DNA of 64,000 bases from Somniosus microcephalus (lineage: Eukaryota): the NCBI GenBank assembly GCA_052327205.1, contig CM126202.1:381362001-381426000 (forward strand), written 5' to 3'. The position numbers and the translations under genes were made by a program. This document shows positions 12,520 through 23,560 of the stretch, piece by piece; position 1 is the stretch's first letter, and every line of letters begins with the position of its first letter. The notes beneath the pieces were generated by a model that had not been told where the DNA came from, searched no databases, and saw nothing but the letters and a program-made list of their open reading frames with translations.

Positions 12520-14432
12520 TTAAAACTTTAAATTTTACAACTTAAAAAAAGCCCCTACTTGTGGCATCTGACTACTATGCCACGTCATCTCATAAAATGT
12601 TGCCACTTCCAAACAGGAACGTAACCGCAATTAAGTATCTTTCAGGTACAAAAATATGAGATTATCACAACCTTATCCTGCAGCACTCCTTCGAAAAGTG
12701 TTCTCTTGCAGAACATATTTTGTGGGGGGGGGGGGGAAGGAGAAAGTGATGGCTGCCCCTGCAATAAAGATTCACCCTTGTGTGGACAGGAGTGAATTGG
12801 TTCAGACGCTATTTAACTACTAGCCCCAACAATGTACTTTAAACAATCCTTCCAATTTAGAAGATGGAACTGACAACACAGTGTACAGTAGAACCTGTGG
12901 TTAAGTGGCAAAGCAAAAACCTGCACATGCAACTTTCCATAGCAAATGGCCAGCTTCGGCACTCTTATTAGGGCAACACAGGGCAAAAGCCAGATCCTTC
13001 TAACCTGGCAGGAAATGGGATTTGGGCATGATCCTGGGACACACTTGAACACCAATTTCTGGTTACAGATTCACAATGACAGGGGCCTCTAGCACCAAAT
13101 CAACCTGCCCTCCAGGGTATAAACAAGGAGAACGAAACAAAAAGATTATATGGTACATCCAGATTTACCAAAGATTCTATGTTTTACACATTCATGTATT
13201 ACTGAGTTCACAGTTTATTTACATTGAGCTTCTTCACTCAAATAATTTATCACTAGATAATCAGGTTGAAAAATGCATTACATATTACTGCATTTGTTCC
13301 AACATTACAACAATACCATCTGCAGATCCCAGTGGACTGGACAATAAGTAACTTCAATGCTTAGAAAGCCATCTTTAAAGCTGTATAATTTCAGCAGCAA
13401 CAGACACAAACAGCATCTCTTCTCATAAGGAACAACAGGTCAGCGATCACCCCTCCATCTAACTGCAGTAAAATGAAATTAATGAATATCACTTAAGGGA
13501 GAGGAATTGCATTATTCTGCCACTTTTTACATCAACCCCATGAATGATAATTAGGGTTATAACACAGTATTGGGGGGGGAAGGGATGTGACTGACTCCTC
13601 TGAACAGATGTCATGGCGTAGAAACAGGCTGGACTGCCTGTCATCTCGACAACAGATGCACATGAAAATGTATGGTCTGTGAAGAGGAAGTGCGAGAGGA
13701 TAACACCGTGGTTTACAATAACCACAACTAAACAGGATTTAATTACATTAAAACAAAGCAAAATACTGCAGATGCTGGAAATCAAACAGAAAAAGCTGGA
13801 AACACCAGCAGATGCTGCCTGACCAGCTGAATGTTTGTGATTTAATGACAATTTGTTTGCAGACCGCATTTGGTGCACTACAAAGGAAATTAAAAAATGG
13901 TTTCTAGCCACTTCTAATCAGTCAGTACAACTCATCAGAAGTGCTGCAAGATACTGAAAGTATAGTTAAACTCAAAACATACAAGACTTTCTGTAGAATT
14001 ATTAATTTATACAAGAGCTTTCATCATAAACTTCATTCCAAGTACTGCCAAGCCTATACCTTTGATGCTAACCAGTCAAGAATAATGCTACTAGCTACTC
14101 ACTGACATCCATGAGCACTGATCTAGACTCTCAAGACCCCAGAAAGCTAAGCTACAGCTGGTCATGCAAAGCCTTGTCCAAATAATTTATCTTCTATTGC
14201 ATAGCAGGACACAGGCTCACGTCCATTATCCCCGTCACAACCAAATAGTGCAGGCAGAGGCCAGGTGGGTCCCACAGATGGAGGCGGGGAAGCAGGTTGT
14301 TTAAGAGCAAGAGCAGCAAAAATATTCATGGTTCTCTTGGGCACAGCACCCCAAGGGGCCAGCTGAAGCAGAAACAACAGAGACCTGACCCATCAACAAA
14401 GATGCACCAAGAATCCATGATGGGGCAGTTAC

Positions 14433-14530
14433 CTTGGCCTCCTCAGCAGTAATTCGGTGCACAGCAAAGCGACCCTTGGTGTCATAGATCAGACGGAAGT
14501 GTTCACTTGTCTTATCAATGCTGATGACAT
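14433..14530 (-). CDS. RPS4X: RPS4 exon 4
   Basis: cag/gtaact boundaries, 98 nt; (D)[32 protein letters not shown]. Confidence 0.98.
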
Positions 14531-14773
14531 CTGCAAATAAGCAAACACATTGGACACAAATTCATAAATCAAGGCACAAGCCATAGTGTGCAGACACACA
14601 CAAACATCCACCCTTCCTGAATCCAAAAAGCTACCAACCAAACAAACTGTCGTTTTTTGCAGGGCTGCAGTAGCTACATCATCTGGCAGCTTACTAACAG
14701 AAGGCAGCATCTGAACTATAGAATTTAGTTCACTGGGAAAACTCAACAGTGTAAGCCCACACATTCCATCTAA

Positions 14774-14910
14774 TAATGTTCCCATTAAGCTGCACGGCTA
14801 CACTCTGGAGCTCCTGCGCAGCCGGCTTTTAAATAGAAAAAACTGCGCATGCATGGTGTTTTGAATGGGCCCCGCACCCACCCACCCTCCCAAAATTAAA
14901 GGGAACATTG
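14774..14910. mobile_element. hAT-like MITE related to 3257-3378, in RPS4 intron 3
   Basis: Ends TAATGTTCCC / AAAGGGAACATTG, shared central GCGCATGC; flanking duplication ATTCCATCTA at 14763-14772 and 14911-14920. Confidence 0.85.
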
Positions 14911-15107
14911 ATTCCATCTACTTCAGAGGTCCTCCTCTCCATCTGTCTGGTTTGAATGTGGACGATCTCAACCAAGCACCTTTCTAAACGTACCTAGTTT
15001 GACATCAGGAAATATGCCTATGTAGTTTACTGAGAAATAGCACAGCGATGTCTCGGATATTCTACTTAGAAACTGAAATCAATATGCTGAAACCAATATT
15101 CAATTCA

Positions 15108-15362
<255 letters not shown>

Positions 15363-15989
15363 CTAACAAAGCAAAATAGTTTACACTCAGCACACGATGT
15401 ACCAACAGAATTCCCAAATACTCATATGGACAGTATCATTCCTAATTTAAAAAAGTTTTCCAAGTGTGGACTATTCTCATTAATACTACTTATGCCAACA
15501 AGCTACATTATCTACTTCAGTTTTACTTACAGCCACATTTGTCACATGGCATTTTGTTTTATGATTTTCCTTCCTTCTCTGCCTACAAGGCAGGTCCACA
15601 AATTTGTTTAATATTTCTGCCAATCTCTAGCTGTCAAAATACAGCCCATTTGGAAAAGGCCTACCTAAATCTTCACTCTGGGCATCAACAGTAAATCCCA
15701 AAAACTTGGCATGCAGGGAACAGCAGATAACAAACTATGACACAGCCTTTAAAAATTTCACTTGCACGTAAAGTAAATCCCAGCAACAGTAGGATTACAC
15801 AGCAAATCATATCAATTGCATCACAGTCTATACCATTTTCTGACCCTCGCCCTCAGGGTAGATGGGGCACTCAAACACAAAATTCCTCAAATTTTAAATG
15901 TACTTTATATTTAAAAAAATACCACCAAATTCAATGGGGTAAAACATTGTCCTTGTAATTCATCACACTCTACCTGTACAGCTAGTGGA

Positions 15990-16343
15990 GTATTTTTGAA
16001 GTGGAGTCACTGTTGCAATGTGGGAAATGCGGCAGCCAATTTCAGCACAGCAAGGTCCCACAAACAGCAATGTGATAATGACCAGATAATCTGTTTTTGT
16101 TATGTCGGTTGAGGGGATAAATATTGGCCAGGACACCTGGGCTTCTTCAAAATAGTGCCACAGGATCTTTTACATCCACCTGAGTGAGCAGATGGGGCCT
16201 CGGTTTAGCATCTCATCAGACAGTGCAGCACTCCCAAGTGTCAAGCCCAGCTTTATGTGCTCAAGTCGCTGGACTGGGACTTGAACCCACAACCTTCGGA
16301 CTCAGGCAAGCGTGCTACCAACTGAGCCACAGCAGACACTGAC
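15990..16343 (-). mobile_element. Deu-domain SINE
   Basis: A box TGGCTCAGTTGG, B box GGTTCAAGTCC, Deu core matching 8003-8401. Confidence 0.85.
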
Positions 16344-16397
16344 AAGGCATTAACCTTACCTGTTAACCAACACAACGGTTCCTTAGACATAAAATAT

Positions 16398-16898
16398 TCT
16401 TCTTAAGCAGTCCCTCGGAACCGAAGATGACTTGCTTCCACATTAAAAATGAGTTCTCAGGTGACTGATGAGTCCAATGCGGGACCTACAGTCTCTGTCA
16501 CAGGTGGGGCAGACGGTGGTTGTAGGGGCAGGTGGGTGGGGTGCTTGGGTTGATGTGCGCTCCTTCCGCTGCCTGTGCATGGCTTTCGCTTGCTCCCGGC
16601 GAAGAGACTGGAGGTGTTCAGCGCCTTCCCGGATGCTTCTCCTCCACTTCGTGCGGTCTTGGGCCAGGGATTACCAGGTGTCGGTGGGGATGTTACACTT
16701 TTTCAAGGAGGCTTTGAGGGTCTCCTTGAAGCGTTTCCTCTGCCCACCTGGGGCTCTCTTGCCGTGCCGGAGCTCCGAGTAGAGCGCTTGTTTTGGGAGT
16801 CTCGTATCGGGCGTGCGGACAATGTGACCCGTCCATCGGAGCTGATCGAGCGTGGTCAAAGCTTCGATGCTGGGGATGTTGGCCTGAGCAAGAACACT
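16398..16898 (-). mobile_element. 5'-truncated RTE-clade (BovB-like) LINE with 12-bp TSD
   Basis: QLRWTGHIVRTPDTRLPKQALYSEL...GGQRKRFKETLK (RTE C-terminus); short AAG tail; TSD GACATAAAATAT at 16386-16397 and 16899-16910. Confidence 0.92.
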
Positions 16899-17069
16899 GA
16901 CATAAAATATACTAGGGCATCGATAACAGATTGCAAGACAGCTTACTGTGAATGTACAGCTCGGTCTGCAGAACTCTGCATGCATTTAACCCCGGCTCAC
17001 CATTCAACAGGTCTAAAGTTTTTGTAATCACAATGGTCCTTTAAAATAAAATGGGTAAACCAAGGGCTA

Positions 17070-17273
<204 letters not shown>

Positions 17274-17838
17274 CTAAAAGTCTCGATCCTCCTGTGTCCA
17301 GATACTTGACCCGATATTAGCTCTGCCATCCCGGGCCGACACCAGCAGCGGCAACCTCCCCCTGCGCCGAGCCAGACTCGCACGCCTAACTCGGGGGAGG
17401 AGGAAGATAAAATCCCCGAAACCCAAGGGCGAAGGTTAAGCTGAGGCTCCAACCCCCTGATGGCACGGGTCATCCCTGGACCTACAGGTTAACGAACGGA
17501 AAGTTCGGGTAACTTCACCAAACACTGAAATCAGCGCCAATCCGACACCGTCGGATTATAATCGGGTAAAGTTAACGCACAGCCGCCCCAGGGCCGAGTG
17601 AGGAGAGCGCACTCTGGCCCGGACAGTAATGGCTGCCCGCTTTCCACAACACTCGCTCAGCGTCCCGCTTATTGCTCAAATATCCAACAATGTTCAGTAC
17701 GCTTCGCACAAAATCGCCTCGAACCCGATCCCCCGGCCGTTTGTAAACCGATTGCAATGATACTGATTTGATTTCTCCGCTTTCTAAGGTGGATGTTGTC
17801 TGATTTGGCCTGCGCACCCCTCGGCCTCAAACCCTCAC

Positions 17839-17841
17839 CAT
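17839..17841 (-). CDS. RPS4X: RPS4 exon 1 coding part (ATG only)
   Basis: ...CAGAAATG|gtgagg; joins exon 2 in frame to give MARGPKKHL; total CDS 792 nt. Confidence 0.93.
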
Positions 17842-17854
17842 TTCTGTATCTGCA

Positions 17855-17880
17855 GGAAAAGGACCGCTTCCCACAATGCA
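17855..17880 (-). promoter_or_regulatory. RPS4X: TCT initiator / 5'TOP tract (predicted TSS ~17861) with adjacent ZNF143(Staf)-like motif
   Basis: Minus strand TCCTTTTCC fits YC+1TYTYY 20 nt upstream of the ATG; TTCCCACAATGCA at 17868-17880 (+). Confidence 0.8.
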
Positions 17881-18074
17881 GCGCTCAAGGAGGCTCCGCC
17901 GCTGCGGGTCAGAGGTCACGCCACAGCGCCCCCTCGTCCGCCAATGTGGAACTGCAAGCCCTGGGCAGCTACAAGTGAGGAACTCATTGGACACTGAGAA
18001 AGATTGTGGTCCCCTCGTAGTAGCAACTGTTTTCTTTTAACAGTTCTAGGGTTTTCACTTACACTACCTTGTAC

Positions 18075-18302
18075 TAGGGTTGGCAACCCTTAAGGAATAA
18101 AAGATTAATCTGGACATTGTTGTGAACGGCTAGGGAGAAAAATTATAGGGGCATTTTTAAAATGGTGTATTTTTTCCATTTACTTTCATTTATTAGTTAT
18201 GAAAATATTGGAGATGGGAGGAGTGGGTGGGTGGAGGCTGTTTTAATGTGTAAGGAGGTCATATGATGAAATTTCCAGGAATAACCAGAATTGGCCACCC
18301 TA
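18075..18302. mobile_element. Decayed TAGGG-ended hAT MITE upstream of RPS4
   Basis: TAGGGTTGGCAA / TTGGCCACCCTA ends; 8-bp flanks CCTTGTAC vs CTTTATAT differ only by three transitions. Confidence 0.65.
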
Positions 18303-18334
18303 CTTTATATAGCAGTCCATTCTCTGTTGATCAC

Positions 18335-19815
18335 ACAACAACAACTTGTATTTATATAGCACCTTTAACGGAGTAAAACGTCCCAAGGCACTGCACAGGA
18401 GTATTTTAAGACAACATTTTTTACACTGAGCTGGATAAGGATAAATTAGGGCAGGTTGGTCAAAGAAGTAGGTTTTAAGGAGCATCTTAAAGGAGGAAAG
18501 AGAAGTAGCAAGGCAGAGAGGTTTAGGGAGGGAATTCCAGAGCTTAGGGCCTAGGCAACAGAAGGCACAACCACCAATGGTTGAGCAATTATAATCAGGG
18601 ATGTTCAAGAGGGCAGAATTGGAGCAGCGCAAATATCTTGGGGGGGATGTGGGGCTGAAGGAGATTACAGAGATAGGAAGGGGCGAGGCCATGGAGGGAT
18701 TTGAAAACAAGGATGATAATTTTGAAATCGAGGCACTGCTTAACCGGGAGCCAATGTAGATCAGCGAGCACAGGGGAGATGAGCGAACGGGACTTAGTGT
18801 GAGTTAGGACACGGGCAGCCGAATTTTAGATGACCTCAAGTTTAAGTAGGGTGGAATGTGGGTGGCCAACCAGGAGTGCGTTGGAATAGTCAAGTCTAGA
18901 GGTAACAAAAGCATGGATGAGGGTTTCAGCAGCGGAAGAGCTGAGGCAAGAGCGGAGATGGGCGATGTTATGTAGGTGGAAGTAGGCAGTCTTTGTTATG
19001 CTGCGGCTATGTGGTCGGAAGCTAATTTCAGGGTCAAATATAACACCAAGGTTGCGAACAGTGTGGTTCAGCCTCAGACAGATGTTAGGGAAAGGGATGG
19101 AGTCAGTGGCTAGGGAACGGAGTTTGTGGCGGGGACTGAAAACAATGGCTTCGGTCTTTCCAATATTTAATTGGAGAAAATTTTTGCTCATCCAGAACTG
19201 TATGTCAGACAAGCAGTTTGGCAATTTAGACACCGTGGAGGGGTCGAGAGAAGAGGTAGTGAGGTAGAGCTGGGTGTCGTCAGCTTACATGTGAAAACTG
19301 ACGCAATGTTTTCGGACGATGTCATCAAAGGGCAACATGTAGATGAGAAATAGGAGGGGGCCAAGGGTAGATCCTTGGGGGACACCAGAGGTAGCGTTGC
19401 AGGAGTGGGAAAAGAAGCTATTGCAGGTGATTCCCTGGTTACAATTAGATAGATAAGAATGGAAGCAGGCGAGTGCACTCCCACCCAGCTGGACGACGGT
19501 AGAGGCGTGTTGGAGAAGGATGGAGTGGTCAACCGTGTCAAAGGCTGCAGACAGGTCAAGAAGGACGACGAGGGATAGTTTACCTTTGTCACAGTCACAA
19601 AGGATGTCATTTGTGTACGGTACTGTGGCAGGGGCTGAAACCTGATTGGAGGGATTCAAACATGGAATTGCGGGAAAGATGGGCACGGATTTGGGAGGCG
19701 ACAACCGGTTCAAGGACTTTGGAGAGGAAAGGGAGGTTGGAGATTAGGCGGTAGTTTGCAAGGACGGAGGGATCAAGTGTTGTTTTTTTGAGGAGGGGGT
19801 GATGATGGCAGATTT
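18335..19815 (-). mobile_element. L2 LINE, RT domain to 3' tail
   Basis: LLDLSAAFDTVDH, GVPQGSTLGPLLF, FLQLNIGKTE, HAFVTSRLDYSN; (TTG)n tail at ~18335. Confidence 0.95.
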
Positions 19816-19819
19816 GAGA

Positions 19820-20180
19820 TCTTAGAATCATAGAATTGTACAGCTTAGGAGGAGGCCATTCGGCTCATGGACGGCTCTTTCGAAGCTCAATCCAGTTAGT
19901 CCCACTCCCCTGCTCTTTCCCCATATCCCTGCAAATTTTTCTCCTTCAAGTATTTATTCAAATCCCTATCTGGCAGTGGATTCCAAATCCTAAACACTCG
20001 TTGCATAAAAAACATTTTCCTCATGTCGCCTCTGGTTCTTTTGTCAATTACCTTAAATCTGTGTCCTCTGGTTAACAACCCTTCAGCCATTGGAAACAGT
20101 TTCTCTTTATTTACTCTATCTAAACCATTCATGATTTTAAACACCTCTATCAAATCTCCTCTTAGACTTCTCTGCTCTTC
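19820..20180 (-). mobile_element. CR1 LINE 3' fragment
   Basis: LRGDLIEVFKIM...TRGHRFK...FFMQRV.RIWNPLP followed by the CR1 tail. Confidence 0.9.
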
Positions 20181-20439
20181 TTGTGAAGAACTTCCTGACT
20201 TCAATTCAAAATTTGCCTTTTACTAGTTTGAACTTGTGTCCCTTTGTTGTTTTCCATCTGTCTTAATGATTTGGAGGAAGGCACACTGTGGCTTAAAATT
20301 CTGCTTGGAAAATTGCACACTCCCAACACGTGAATTTATGCCGATTCATTTTAATGGATAGAAAATAATGGGCTTGAGATGGGCAACTTTGCAATTTGCA
20401 CTGTCGGTAGTATGGAAATTGAATTTTTACCCGATAATA

Positions 20440-20825
20440 ACATAGTAATGTTTTGAGGACGAGGCGAACATTGGTCCATCTAGCCTATCCATCCAAATCA
20501 GTTTATTATGATTCTGGAACTAATAGCCATATATCCCCATTCCTAACAGGAAATCATATACAAATGTAATTAATGAGCTGTCTATGTCCTCCTCCAGATC
20601 ATTAATGAATGTAATGATCAGAAGTGGCCAATCACTGACCCTTGGGAAACCCCACTCATGACTGGAGCCCTTTGGGAGGGTACTCCATTTGTTTACAGTC
20701 CTATTAATTTTAATGCATCTTTCCATTGCTCCCCACACCATGAGATTTATTTTTTGCATAATCGCTCATGTAACATTTTATCAAAAGCCTTTTGGAAATC
20801 CAAGTAGATGCTGTCTAACAAGTCT
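20440..20825 (-). mobile_element. Old CR1 RT fragment
   Basis: Remnants of YLDFQKAFDK and FINDLEE motifs. Confidence 0.7.
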
Positions 20826-20827
20826 CC

Positions 20828-21053
20828 TTCTTCCTTCTTAGGCAGTCCCTCGGAACCGAGGATGACTTGCTTCCACATTAAAAATGAGTTCGCAGGTGAC
20901 TGATTAGTCCAATGCGGGACCTACAGTCTCTGTCACAGGTGGGGCAGACGGTGGTTGAAGGGGCGGGTGGGTGGCGTGCTTGGGTTGACGTGCACTCCTT
21001 GCGCTACCTGCACTTGGCTTCCACTTGCTCCCGGCGAAGAGACTCGAGGTGTT
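20828..21053 (-). mobile_element. RTE-clade LINE 3' end (same family as 16398-16898)
   Basis: Closely matches ~16398-16620 (gcagtccctcggaaccga...gaggtgttc). Confidence 0.9.
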
Positions 21054-21812
21054 CGTCCATCGGGTTTCCTTAATCCAGCATTCACTTGAGAATAGGCAAA
21101 TATAAGGTTAAGATATAACTTTCCCACACAAAGGGTGGTGAGTATATGGAATAGCCTATCCATGGAGGTAGTGCGAATGGTCAATGTTATAAATTTTGAG
21201 AAAGTGATGGATATATTTTTGTCAGTCAAAACTATTGAAGGGCTTGAGACATGAAGTGGAGTAGCACATATATGATCTTTGGCACCATCCTAAAGGGCAG
21301 AAATTGTCTTTTCCAGTCCTGTATAATCTTTGGATGGGGGGTTTAATTAAATACATTAGTGGTGAATCATGAGTAACTGTAGTCTTCTGGAGCGTGCTTG
21401 ATTATCTTAAGAAGTCTGGAAGAAATTCTCCACAATTTTTCCTGAAATTGGCCATAGTTTTTTTTTCCCTTTCCCCCCCCCCCCACCCCCTCTCCAAAGA
21501 GTTAGCACTATTAGTGGAGGGTGGTGCAAAAGGTTGTCACAGATAGGTTGAACAATGGGGGTCTTTTGGTCTTTTCTTGCCCCTTCTGTATGCTTGTACG
21601 TACTATTTCCATGACTTAATTTGAAGTACTGTTTGGAATTTACCTTTGCTATATCTCTATAAGGTTACCTTATTGCCACCTTTCAAGTCTGAAAAGCCAA
21701 ATTTTCTCCATGTTTTCCTCATAACTAACTTTTCTGATGCTGGTGATCTGTCTTGCAGCTGTTCACTGCACCACTTCCACAGATTGAATGACACTCTTGT
21801 GGAACTCCCCTG

Positions 21813-23560
21813 TTCAAGAAAGGAGGGAGACAGAAAGCAGGAAACTATAGGCCAGTTAGCCTAACATCTGTCATTGGGAAAATGCTGGAATCCATTATTA
21901 AGGAAGTAATAGCAGGACATTTAGAAAATCATAATACAGTACAATCAAGCAGAGTCAACATGAAAGGGAAATTGTGTTTGACAAATTTACTAGAGTTCTT
22001 TGAGGATGTAATGAGCAGGGTGGATAAAGGGGAACCAGTAGATGTAGTGAATTTGGATTTCCAGAAGGCATTCGATAAGGTGCCGCATAAAAGGTTACTG
22101 CACAAGATAAGAGCTCACGGGGTTAGGAGTAATATATTAGACTGGATAGAGGATTGGTTAACTGACAGAAAACAGAGAGTCAGAATAAATGGGTCATTTT
22201 CAGGTTGGCAAACTGTAACTAGTGGGATGCCACAGGGATCAGTGCTGGGGCCTCAACTATTTACAATCTATATTAATGACTTGGATGAAGGGACCGAGTG
22301 TACTGTTGCCAAATTTGCTGACGATACAAAGATAGGTGGGAAAGCAAGTTGTGAGGCGTACACAAAGAGTCTGTAAAGGGATATCGATAGGCTAAGTGAG
22401 TGGGCAAAAATTTGGCAGATAGAGTATAATGTGAGAAAATGTGAGGTTATCCACTTTGGTAGGAAAAATAAAAAAGCAAAATATTATTTAAATGGAGAGA
22501 GACTACAGAATGCTGCGGTACAGAGGGATCTGGGTGTCCTCGTACATGAAACACAAAAGGTTAGCATGCAGGTACAGCAAGTAATTAGGAAGGCAAATGG
22601 AATATTGGCTTTTATTGCAAGGGGGATGGAGTATAAAAGTAGGGAAGTCTTGCTACAACTGTACAGGGCATTGGTGAGACCACACCTGGAGTACTGTGCA
22701 CAGTTTTGGTCTCCTTATTTAAGGAAGGATATGCTTGCATTGGAGGCAGTTCAGAGATTCCTGAGTTGAAGGGGTTGTCTTATGAGAAAAGGTTTAGCAG
22801 GTTGGGCCTATATTCATTGGAGTTTTGAAGAATGAGAGGGGATCTTATTGAAACATATAGGGCTAACAATTTGGCGTCCCAGAAAAATTAGCGCCCCCGC
22901 ACCGGAACTTGAGTGGTTGCACCTCTTGGGGCGCTGCGAGTCAATATCACGGCTATGGCGCTGCGGCATGTCGCGCCGCAGTGTTGTAGGCCTTCCTCCC
23001 CTTCTTAGAGGGGAGGGGCCTTGCGCAGCATGACCCAGGGCCCAGCTGGGAGCCCAGCTCTTGGAGCGCAGCCAGTACTCTGCGGGGGGGTGTTCAGGAG
23101 GACGTGAATGGGAGCGCAGGCAGGTGCTGGCAGGCGGCCAGCAACAAAAATGGCCACCCCACACCTCACCTTTAAATCGCGCCTCCCCGGCTGCAGGTAT
23201 GCCCCCTGACCCCGTCGGACATAGCGTCCGGCGGTAGGTCAGGGGGCACTCCTGAAGATCACGGCCGTGGCACAAGCGGCTGCTGCGCACGCTGATGACA
23301 TCATCGCTGGTGGCGCAGCGCTACAGGGTGCTACCGGTTAGTGCTGCTGCTAACCTCCTGCTGAATTTCACGGGAGATGTGGGCGGTGCTGCGCCCGGGC
23401 GCTATTTGCTTTTGCATCCCATTAGCGCCCTCTTAGGGCGCTAACAGGAGGCGCAAAGCAACCCAATTTTTCCCCCATAAGATTCTAAGGGGGCTTGACA
23501 GGATAGATGCAGGAAGAATGTTTCCCCTCATGGGGGAATCTAGAACTAGGGGGCATAGTT
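21813..23560 (+). mobile_element. CR1 LINE RT region, interrupted at 22860-23476
   Basis: LDFQKAFDKVPH, PQGSVLGPQLF, KFADDTK, LVRPHLEYC; resumes as ataagattctaaggggg after the insert. Confidence 0.95.
22860..23476. mobile_element. GC/CpG-rich non-autonomous DNA element (PIF/Harbinger-like MITE)
   Basis: Clean insertion into CR1 with 3-bp TSD ATA (22857-22859, 23477-23479); imperfect ends GGGCTAACAATTTGG / CCCAATTTTTCCCCC; repeated TTAGCGCCC subterminal motifs. Confidence 0.8.

Noticed and set aside
13936-14027. Possible intronic C/D snoRNA (ATGATGA ... CTGA on minus) in RPS4 intron 4
   Set aside because: No terminal stem and no rRNA/snRNA-complementary guide that I can recognise; boxes this short arise by chance. 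An Rfam/snoscan search would settle it.
16280-16343. tRNA-like A/B boxes (also ~8340-8400, ~31030, ~38495)
   Set aside because: These are SINE heads continuing into SINE bodies; no cloverleaf, so not tRNA genes.
22814-23290. 158-aa Arg/Pro-rich ORF
   Set aside because: Lies mostly within a GC-rich MITE, where stop codons are scarce.
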